DNA of 54,315 nt from Eubacteriales bacterium (GTDB lineage Bacteria > Bacillota > Clostridia > Oscillospirales > CAG-272). How positions within the stretch are numbered: position 1 is the stretch's first letter; the number at the start of each line of letters is the position of its first letter. The notes beneath the pieces were generated by a model. It did not search any database and was not told the DNA's origin. It saw nothing but the letters and a program-made list of their open reading frames with translations. The stretch lies in contig JAZODX010000152.1 in the NCBI GenBank assembly GCA_045597265.1, forward strand, positions 1 to 54,315. The letters are read 5' to 3'. A program made the position numbers and the translations under genes. This document shows, in pieces, positions 42,856 to 50,556 of the stretch.

Positions 42856-43287
42856 ATGAAACAAAGAAAAAAAGTTTTCCATTTAATGAGTATTTGGCTG
42901 ATGATTGTATGTGTCACGTTTTCTGCAAGCGCCGCTGTCATTGACAATAGTGTAGCACCGCTTTGGGACAACACCGAGATGCTTTTCACATCGCACGATT
43001 ATATTGAGGATGGTGAAGCGGAATGTGTAGTTGAAATCGTCGCAAAGTATGGTGCTACCCGGATTGACAACATCGACATTGTATATTATGCAGAAGGATT
43101 TTCTTCCGGTTGGGAAGAACTTGCCAGATGGGAAGATCTATACGTTAATGATGATTACTTTTTCTGGTATGACTATGTCCCAGGTGTCCAAACAGGGCGA
43201 GAGTATCGCCTGACCGTTTCTTTCGATGTGCACTATAACGGAACGGTTGAGCACATTGAAAGCACGCACGACAGATTATACGAATAA
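42856..43287 (+). CDS. Small secreted protein of unknown function
   Basis: MKQRKKVFHLMSIWLMIVCVTFSASA forms a signal peptide. The mature part is about 115 aa. Confidence 0.65.
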   Translation: MKQRKKVFHLMSIWLMIVCVTFSASAAVIDNSVAPLWDNTEMLFTSHDYIEDGEAECVVEIVAKYGATRIDNIDIVYYAEGFSSGWEELARWEDLYVNDDYFFWYDYVPGVQTGREYRLTVSFDVHYNGTVEHIESTHDRLYE

Positions 43288-43409
43288 TAACCAATCAGAA
43301 AGTGAAAGCGGTATGGGAACAGCGCTTTGGTTTTGCGCCGGGCGCAGTTCCTTTTATCAAGGATTTTGTAGAAATATGTTTAATTTTGTAGAATTGAGAG
43401 GATAAAGCA

Positions 43410-43658
43410 ATGCGCGAATATCAATATATCATCGTTGAACAAAGAATTGGAGAAGGAGACACCATGCGCATCAGCTACGGGATTGCCGCTGCAATCGTTT
43501 ACGATGAATGTATTCAGGTGCTGCATTGCTTTTATGATCTGTCAACCGAAAGAGCCCCCGTTCAAGAGCTCGTTCAAACCTGCAATGCCCTTGAGCTCGA
43601 CGTCCTCCACCTCTCTGACGTAGTGGATGATTTCATGGCAACAGCATACGGTGAATAA
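43410..43658 (+). CDS. Small hypothetical protein (DUF6514-like)
   Basis: 82 aa, with a GAGAGGA ribosome-binding site upstream. The pattern YGI...D.S......V..LV..CN.L.L...HL.DVV.DF matches, from memory, a small clostridial family. Confidence 0.55.
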   Translation: MREYQYIIVEQRIGEGDTMRISYGIAAAIVYDECIQVLHCFYDLSTERAPVQELVQTCNALELDVLHLSDVVDDFMATAYGE

Positions 43659-43668
43659 TCGCCGACGC

Positions 43669-43710
43669 AAAAACAGCGCGCACGATAGCCCTATCGTGCG
43701 CGCTGTTTTT
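43669..43710 (+). terminator. Strong intrinsic terminator
   Basis: AAAAACAGCGCGCACGATAG/CTATCGTGCGCGCTGTTTTT, a near-perfect palindrome ending in T5. Confidence 0.85.
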
Positions 43711-43807
43711 GTCCATCAACAGAAGCGCGTCGCACCGTTAGCCCGCCTTTGCGCATCGTTGCGCTTGGATACAAATGCATACTTTTATTTCCACTTTAGA
43801 TAGTAGC

Positions 43808-44071
43808 GTGACATTTCAGTAAGCCTTCTCCAGCGGAGAAGATGCCCCGAAGGGGCGGATGAGGAGAGCATCCTCAGTACTGCACATATGGTCAGCGTAC
43901 TGCACAAAAGCAACAAACGAAAGAGTCTATGCAAAACAAAATCATAGAGATCATATGTATACCACGTTGATCTCCTCATCCGTCACGGCTTCGCCGTGCC
44001 ACCTCCGAGATTGCTAGCAATCTCGTGGCGCTTGCGCCCATCTTCGCTGGGGAAGGCTAATTGTGCGTCAC
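43808..44071. repeat. Cluster of family C and family B repeat modules
   Basis: 43808-43875 is an inverted copy of 8275-8345. 43980-44006 (CCGTCACGGCTTCGCCGTGCCACCTCC) matches 22466-22493 with one indel. About 44038-44071 repeats the CTGGGGAAGGCTAA module. Confidence 0.75.
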
Positions 44072-44236
44072 GTTCCCGCCGGAAATAAAAGTATACCTTT
44101 GTTGACAGCACGAACGTAGCGCACAGGTACGCATCGCACCGAAAAAGAAATTTTCCTTTCCCCTTGCACAGTAGGGAAAAAACTGTTATAATGAGCACAG
44201 AAAAATAATTTATCTCATAAAAGGACGGTACTTACG

Positions 44237-46111
44237 ATGAAACATGCCACGATCTGTTTCCCCGATTTGTCCGAACAGTTTTCTGCCGCACTTGATCTGC
44301 TTGCCCCCGAGCTCTCTCTTCCACTTGGAAATGACGGGCTTCCCGTCCGCGTAACGCTCTCGGACGGCGGCATTTCCCTCCGCCGTACCGCCGAGGGCAT
44401 CACTATCACCTGTCGGCGCGTGAACGAATTCTGCCGCGCACTCTCCCATCTTGCCGCGTATCTCCGTGACGGCGGCGAGGTCGAGGAAAAGGGGCGCTTT
44501 TCCATGCTCTGCTACATGGTAGATGCCTCCCGCAATGCGGTATTCAACCTGCCCTCCGCGAAAAAGATGCTTCGCTTGCTTGCCCTCTGCGGATATGACT
44601 CGATGATGCTCTATACCGAGGACACCTTCGAGGTTCCCGAATATCCCTATTTCGGGCATCTGCGCGGCCGATATACGCACGCAGAGCTGCGCGAGCTTGA
44701 CGACTATGCCGATGCGCTCGGCATTGAGCTGATCCCCTGCATTCAGACGCTGGCACATCTGGAAACCGCCATTCGCTGGAAGGAGATCGCGGCCTTTTCG
44801 GATACCAAAGACATTCTGCTCGTCGGTGACGAACGCACCTACGCCTTCATCGATGCCATGCTCGAGACCTGCCGCAGCTGCTTCCGTTCCCGCCGCATCA
44901 ACATCGGCATGGACGAGGCACACGCACTCGGGCTCGGCAAATATCTGCAGAAGAACGGCTATACGCCTGCGCACGAGATCATGCTTGCCCATCTTGACCG
45001 CGTAATCGCACAGTGTCATGACAAGGGCTTCCATCCGATGATGTGGTCGGATATGTTCTTCCGCATGGCGTTTGGCGGGAATTACTATGTCAAGGAAGGC
45101 GAGATTGCAGAGAACGTGATCAACCGCGTTCCGGAAGGCGTGACCCTGGTTTACTGGGACTATTATTCCTACGATCGCGCGCTCGTCGAGCACATGGTCG
45201 ACTGCCATCTCAAATTCAAGAATCCCGTTGCCTTTGCGGGCGGCGCTTGGAAATGGATCGGCTATGCGCCCCACAACTATCACTCGATCGTCTCAAGCAA
45301 GCTTCAGCTTGACGTTTGCCTTGAGAAGGGGCTTGACAATATCATCGTTACCGGCTGGGGAGACAACGGCGGTGAGGCATCTCAATTCTCCACGCTTCCC
45401 TCCCTGCTTTATTTCGCCGAACGCGCATACACCGACCGCATTGACGAGGCGTATCTTGAATCCCGCGCCCGTGCCTGCTTCGGCATCGGCTTTGCCGAGC
45501 TGATGGCGCTTGATGCCCCCGACGATCTTCCCGCCATTTATCACGTTCCCGGGAATCGCAACCCCCACCGCTATCTGCTCTATAACGATCCGATGCTCGG
45601 CATGATGGATAAGATGTTCGATCCCGAACGCGATCCTGCCGTTTTTGCGGCCAATACCGACCGTCTGCTTGCCCTCGCCGGTCATCCGACCTTCGGCTAT
45701 CTTTTCCGCACGCTGGGACTGCTTTGCCGTGTGCTTACCCGCAAGTCGGACCTGACCGTTCGGATGCGCGCCGCTTATCTTGCAAACGAGCGCAGCGCGC
45801 TCCGCACCATTGCCGAGGAGGAAATCCCGCAGATCGTCGACGATCTTGACGAATTTATCGCTGCTTTCCGTACGCAATGGGAGAAGGAAAACAAACCCTT
45901 CGGCTTTGAGACGCACGAGCTTCGTCTCGGCGGACTGAGACTCCGCCTCGAGAGCACCGCACGCCGTCTCCTCCGTTATCTCGACGGCGAGGATTCCGCC
46001 ATCCCGGAATTTGATCAGCCCGTCCTTGATTATGCCGGCCGAACCGATCCTGCCGTTCCGCATATCAGCAAAAACGTCTGGTCGCAGATCGCATCCCCCG
46101 GAATTCTGTAA
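44237..46111 (+). CDS. GH20-like beta-N-acetylhexosaminidase family protein
   Basis: 624 aa, with a TIM-barrel core (MVDASRNAV, DSMMLYTEDTF, IELIPCIQTLAHL, INIGMDEAH). Confidence 0.7.
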   Translation: MKHATICFPDLSEQFSAALDLLAPELSLPLGNDGLPVRVTLSDGGISLRRTAEGITITCRRVNEFCRALSHLAAYLRDGGEVEEKGRFSMLCYMVDASRNAVFNLPSAKKMLRLLALCGYDSMMLYTEDTFEVPEYPYFGHLRGRYTHAELRELDDYADALGIELIPCIQTLAHLETAIRWKEIAAFSDTKDILLVGDERTYAFIDAMLETCRSCFRSRRINIGMDEAHALGLGKYLQKNGYTPAHEIMLAHLDRVIAQCHDKGFHPMMWSDMFFRMAFGGNYYVKEGEIAENVINRVPEGVTLVYWDYYSYDRALVEHMVDCHLKFKNPVAFAGGAWKWIGYAPHNYHSIVSSKLQLDVCLEKGLDNIIVTGWGDNGGEASQFSTLPSLLYFAERAYTDRIDEAYLESRARACFGIGFAELMALDAPDDLPAIYHVPGNRNPHRYLLYNDPMLGMMDKMFDPERDPAVFAANTDRLLALAGHPTFGYLFRTLGLLCRVLTRKSDLTVRMRAAYLANERSALRTIAEEEIPQIVDDLDEFIAAFRTQWEKENKPFGFETHELRLGGLRLRLESTARRLLRYLDGEDSAIPEFDQPVLDYAGRTDPAVPHISKNVWSQIASPGIL

Positions 46112-46163
46112 AGCAGGCGTTTCCGACGACGCGTCCCGTCTCACAAAAAGGAATATAGGTGAT

Positions 46164-47249
46164 ATGAAAAAAATGTTCTTGTCGCACAGCGACGCCGCAC
46201 TCAGAAACAGAAATATCGTTTTACGGTATATCCGGGAAAACGCCCCCGTTTCCAGAACCGGAATCTGGGAAAATCTTGATATGAGCCGTGCATCGGTCAC
46301 GCAGATTATTAAGCAATTCCAGGAAAACGGTATGATCGTTGACTGTTTTCACGGCAGATCCACCGGAGGAAGAAAGCCGCTGTACATTGAGTTCGAGGGG
46401 AAAAATATGATTTTCTTCGCCTTCGACTGGATAACCAAAAATCTCTATCTGATGAATCTCAACGGCGATATTCTCTATGAGGCATACCAAAAACTGTCGG
46501 AGGGCATCTCCCCTGCCGCCTTTGCCAAAACGTTGAAAAAGCATATACGCGAGATGATCGACAAGGATATCTGCGAGAGAGAAAAAATCGTCGGGCTGGT
46601 TTTGGCTCTGCCGGGAATCATTCACGCGAACGAATGCAAACTGCTCCTCTCGGTTGAGCTTGGCTGGAAGGACGTCGATATCGCCGCGCTTTTTGCGGAT
46701 TTGTTCGGCGAGCGTGTTTTTCTGGAGAGAACCATCAATCTTCTGGCACTGGCCGAAACAACGGTTCGCAAAAAGAACAATGGGGCATCCCACGTTCAGC
46801 TCTTTATCTTCGATCATACCGGAATCGGTGTGGCCACCGTCATTCATGGGAATATCCAGCATGGGCTCCGCTGTATGCACGGTGAGCTCGGCCATATCAA
46901 GCTCCGCTCGGATGAGCCGTGCTCCTGCGGTCAGCGAGGCTGTCTTGAAGCAATCATCAAAAAGCTGATCGCGGAGAGCGGCGGCGTCATCACCGACGAA
47001 ATTCTCGATTATTTTGCCATCGGCATTTCCACGGCGGTCAACGTCTGCGATACAGACGTCGTTCTGACCGGCTCCTATGTGGAAAAGCTGAATGAAACGC
47101 AGAAGAAAAAGCTCAGAAATTCCGTTTTCTCCAAAGTAACCAGTCCGGATTCCCGAAATTTTGAGATTGATTTTCTCTATAACAGCCGCCAAATGGCGCA
47201 GCTTGGTCTCTGTACCTATATGTTTGACTGCTGTTTCCCCACCAAATAA
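46164..47249 (+). CDS. ROK family transcriptional regulator
   Basis: An N-terminal winged HTH (NRNIVLRYIRENAPVSRTGIWENLDMSRASV) and the ROK zinc motif CSCGQRGCLE are present. I take the ATG at 46164 as the start. Confidence 0.85.
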   Translation: MKKMFLSHSDAALRNRNIVLRYIRENAPVSRTGIWENLDMSRASVTQIIKQFQENGMIVDCFHGRSTGGRKPLYIEFEGKNMIFFAFDWITKNLYLMNLNGDILYEAYQKLSEGISPAAFAKTLKKHIREMIDKDICEREKIVGLVLALPGIIHANECKLLLSVELGWKDVDIAALFADLFGERVFLERTINLLALAETTVRKKNNGASHVQLFIFDHTGIGVATVIHGNIQHGLRCMHGELGHIKLRSDEPCSCGQRGCLEAIIKKLIAESGGVITDEILDYFAIGISTAVNVCDTDVVLTGSYVEKLNETQKKKLRNSVFSKVTSPDSRNFEIDFLYNSRQMAQLGLCTYMFDCCFPTK

Positions 47250-47318
47250 ATCCTTCAATATGCAAAAAGGGTGTCGCGCCGAATTTGGCGCGACACCCTT
47301 TTGACATTGCCAAGGCCT

Positions 47319-48299
47319 TTATTTCACGATACCGCTGAGCAAATAGCGCATTTTCTCCTCTGCACCCTTTGCATTGATCATAATGGCATCCTCAAGATTA
47401 CCTGCAAACGGCATAGCGGAGCGAAGCGCACCGTATACCAGCGGCTCTGCATCCAGATAGTCAAAGCCCTCCTCGACAATCCGTCTGACGATCTCGGAGC
47501 CGACTGAAAAGCCTGCCGTGGCTTCGTGCACAACGAGAAGTCTTCCGGTCTTCTGCACCGAGCGCAGAACCGTCTCGAAGTCCATCGGAACCAGACAGCG
47601 CAGATCAATCAGTTCAATTGAAGCGTTGGGAATTGCCGCCATTGCACGGCGGCAGGTCTGCACACCGAGCCCGTAGGTAACAACCGTCAAATCGCTTCCC
47701 TCGGTGACAACATTCGCCTTGCCCAGCTCAATGGTATATTCCTCCTCGGGCATTTCCATTTTATCATAGTACAGGCTTCTGTTTTCCATGAAAATGCAGG
47801 GCGTATCGTCTCTGATTGCACTCTTGAGCAGCCCCTTGGCATCGTATGCGTTCGAGGGAACGATTACCTTAAAGCCGGGAATCTGACAGAACCATCCCTC
47901 AAGAGACTGCGAGTGCTGTGCCGCTTCACGCGAACCCATACCGTACTGCGTGCGGACGACCATAGGCACCTTGAACTGCCATCCGGACATCAGATCCGAT
48001 TTTGCCGCCTGATTGACCAGCTGATCCATACACGCCGTGATAAAATCCATATACATGATCTCGGTAACCGGACGCAGTCCCGCCATCGCTGCACCGATGC
48101 AGAGACCGGTGAAGCCTGCCTCCGAGATCGGCGTGTCCATGGCGCGTATCTGCCCAAACTTTTCGTAAAGTCCCTTCGTGGCGTACCATACGCCTCCGTA
48201 TTCGCCGACGTCCTCCGCAATGACGAAAACGCGGCTGTCTCTTTCCATTTCTTCATGCAATGCCTCATTGATTGCATCGAGCATATGTATCTTTCTCAT
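47319..48299 (-). CDS. 2-oxoacid (acetoin/pyruvate) dehydrogenase E1 component, beta subunit
   Basis: 326 aa, transketolase-like pyrimidine-binding and C-terminal domains. The start overlaps the E1-alpha stop. Confidence 0.9.
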   Translation of the reverse strand: MRKIHMLDAINEALHEEMERDSRVFVIAEDVGEYGGVWYATKGLYEKFGQIRAMDTPISEAGFTGLCIGAAMAGLRPVTEIMYMDFITACMDQLVNQAAKSDLMSGWQFKVPMVVRTQYGMGSREAAQHSQSLEGWFCQIPGFKVIVPSNAYDAKGLLKSAIRDDTPCIFMENRSLYYDKMEMPEEEYTIELGKANVVTEGSDLTVVTYGLGVQTCRRAMAAIPNASIELIDLRCLVPMDFETVLRSVQKTGRLLVVHEATAGFSVGSEIVRRIVEEGFDYLDAEPLVYGALRSAMPFAGNLEDAIMINAKGAEEKMRYLLSGIVK

Positions 48300-49270
48300 A
48301 ATGCGTATCTCTCCTTGATTCGACTTAAAAAGGCCTCCGCATCGGGACGCGGTGCGGCTTTGCCGAACGCAATCGCCTCTTCAATCTCCGCATCAACCTC
48401 AGCGCGAATTTGGGTAATCTCTTTCTCAGACAAAATCCCCTTTTCCACGAGCCGTTCGCTGTATACCTTGATCGGATCGTGGTTGGCCCATTTTTCGACG
48501 ACATCCTTCGGACGGAAGACGGGAAGGTCAAAAATGACACGGCAATGACCTTCAACGCGATAGGTCTTGAACTCGATCAGTGTCGGACCTTCGCCTCTGC
48601 GTGCCCGTTCAATTGCTTCCCTGCTCTTTTCGATACAGTCATCCAGATCATTTCCGTCTGCCATAACACCGGGCATATCATATGCCGCCGCACGCTCGAA
48701 AATATCGGGATTGGACAGCGTTTTGTAAGAGGGCGTCGTTGCGGCAAAAAGATTGTTCTCGCAGGCAAAAATAACGGGAAGCTTCCAAAGAGACGCCATA
48801 TTCATTGCTTCATGGAACCAGCCTTCGTTTGAAGCCCCCTCGCTGAAGAAGCAAACGGTTACCTTGCCGTCACCGAGATACTTGGAGGCGTAAGCCGTAC
48901 CGATGGACAGCGTCAGGCCGCCGCCGACAATACCGTTTCCGCCCATAAAGCCTCTCTCCGCATCGAACATATGCATCGAACCGCCCATACCGTGCGATAC
49001 ACCGGCTTCCTTACCCATGACCTCGGCGAACAGCTTTTTCAAATCAAGTCCCTTCGCAATGGCATGGCCGTGCCCGCGATGCGTAGAAAACACATAATCA
49101 TCCTGATTCAGATTTACACAAACGCCAAGGGCAACCGCTTCCTCACCCGTATAGCAATGAACCGCACCCTCCACTAAACCTTCATTGGCCAAATCCTTGA
49201 TCACACGCTCAAATTCCCGCATGACAATCAAGGTTTTCAGATTCTGTCTGCACGTTTCGTACTGAGACAT
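48296..49270 (-). CDS. 2-oxoacid (acetoin/pyruvate) dehydrogenase E1 component, alpha subunit (TPP-dependent)
   Basis: 324 aa with a TPP-binding motif region (GEGASNEG, ENNLFA). Confidence 0.9.
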   Translation of the reverse strand: MSQYETCRQNLKTLIVMREFERVIKDLANEGLVEGAVHCYTGEEAVALGVCVNLNQDDYVFSTHRGHGHAIAKGLDLKKLFAEVMGKEAGVSHGMGGSMHMFDAERGFMGGNGIVGGGLTLSIGTAYASKYLGDGKVTVCFFSEGASNEGWFHEAMNMASLWKLPVIFACENNLFAATTPSYKTLSNPDIFERAAAYDMPGVMADGNDLDDCIEKSREAIERARRGEGPTLIEFKTYRVEGHCRVIFDLPVFRPKDVVEKWANHDPIKVYSERLVEKGILSEKEITQIRAEVDAEIEEAIAFGKAAPRPDAEAFLSRIKERYAL

Positions 49271-49338
49271 ACCCTCTCTCCTTTCCAGCGCCGCATCGCG
49301 GCGGAATCTTTGTTGATTCAGTAAATAAAGTCAATTTT

Positions 49339-49367
49339 ATTATAATCCAGACACCACAGCTTGTCAA
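49339..49367 (-). promoter_or_regulatory. Promoter of the E1 alpha/beta genes
   Basis: The minus strand reads TTGACA-17-TATAAT. Confidence 0.65.
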
Positions 49368-49402
49368 GTACTTTTTCGTTTTTTGTTTGGAAGATTCCCT
49401 TT

Positions 49403-50368
49403 TCAAAAAAGCAGACGAAGAATATCCCCGGCAATCCGACTGTCTCCGAGGCCCCGCAAACGCTCTTCTACCGCTTCTCCGGTAAACGCAGCACCGACGA
49501 GGCAGGCGCGGATCTGCTCTGCCCTTTCCCAATTCATTGAATCGGTGAAAACAGCGGCCTCTTTGATCTCTCCATGCACAATCTCAAGCCGAAGTGCGAT
49601 TTGCCCCTCGGCAAATTGTCCTTCATTCTGATAGGTACAGGGAAAGGCATTGGCATCGATGTAGTTATCCGAGGCGTATTCCGCGGCGAGCGGAGCGATT
49701 TCTGCGATATCTGCCGGCGGCAGGAATTCCGCCCGTATGCCCCAAACCCGGGAAAAGGCCGCGATCATTCCCTCGCGCAGTCGCGCGCAGCTAAGCGTCG
49801 GGCAGAGCTCGCACAAATTAATCACCCTGGCGCTGACCGATTTAACCCCCTTGCTCTCCAGCTTTGCGCTCGGCGGCGTCAGGATTTTCTGCATCCGCCC
49901 GATATCGGCGGAAACCAGAAGAGTTCCGTGATGATAGGCCTTTTCCGCCGAGGAGAAGAATGCATTCCCCGAAAATTTTCTCCCCGCGGCGTAAATATCA
50001 TTCCGCCCTCCGAGCGCCGTTTCAATTCCAACGGCCGCACACGCACTTTGGATCACTTCAATATTTTTATCAAGGCTGTAATTTTCGCGGGACGCGATAA
50101 ACGTAAAGTTCAAATTACCCAGATCGTGAAAAACCGCACCGCCGCCCGAGGATCTGCGGGCAATTTTCACCCCCTCCTGTCGGGCAAGCGTGCGATCAAA
50201 CTCCATATCCGGGTTCTGATTTCGCCCAATTACAACCGTACTTTCGTTTTGCCATAAATAAAGTATATATTCATCCGCCGAAACCCGGTCAAAGAGATAT
50301 TTCTCAATTGCAAGATTTTCGTACACATCAAAGGAATCGGAAAGATAAACGCTCGCTTTTGTTACCAT
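49403..50368 (-). CDS. Lipoate-protein ligase
   Basis: 321 aa, LplA-type (RRSSGGGAVFHDLGN, KFSGNAF). Confidence 0.85.
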   Translation of the reverse strand: MVTKASVYLSDSFDVYENLAIEKYLFDRVSADEYILYLWQNESTVVIGRNQNPDMEFDRTLARQEGVKIARRSSGGGAVFHDLGNLNFTFIASRENYSLDKNIEVIQSACAAVGIETALGGRNDIYAAGRKFSGNAFFSSAEKAYHHGTLLVSADIGRMQKILTPPSAKLESKGVKSVSARVINLCELCPTLSCARLREGMIAAFSRVWGIRAEFLPPADIAEIAPLAAEYASDNYIDANAFPCTYQNEGQFAEGQIALRLEIVHGEIKEAAVFTDSMNWERAEQIRACLVGAAFTGEAVEERLRGLGDSRIAGDILRLLF

Positions 50369-50408
50369 AAAACGCCCATTTCCTCCTGCTTTTCTTGTTT
50401 ATGCACCC

Positions 50409-50487
50409 ATTATACCATACCCGGAACAAATGTCAAGACAAAAAAAACCGCTTTCATCTTGACAAGGAAAGCAATCTGTGATACCAT
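50409..50487. promoter_or_regulatory. Divergent back-to-back promoters for the lipoate ligase (minus) and E2-E3 (plus) genes
   Basis: Plus strand: TTGACA(50459-50464)-17-TACCAT(50482-50487), preceded by TG. Minus strand: TTGACA (revcomp at 50431-50436)-16-TATAAT (revcomp at 50409-50414). Confidence 0.55.
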
Positions 50488-50556
50488 TATCTTAATTCAT
50501 TCAGAAAATAAAGTCTTGTTTTTTCTTTTATTCCATTTTATTTGGAGGAATTTCAT

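Noticed and set aside
39781-43712. Integrative element inserted at tRNA-Thr
   Set aside because: There is no integrase or recombinase gene in the block, and I could not find a duplicated copy of the tRNA 3' end downstream. I keep it only as a compositional accessory block, not as a defined mobile element.
44210-45283. 357-aa minus-strand ORF opposite the GH20-like gene
   Set aside because: It is antisense to a gene with a ribosome-binding site and GH20-type core motifs, and it has no motifs of its own.
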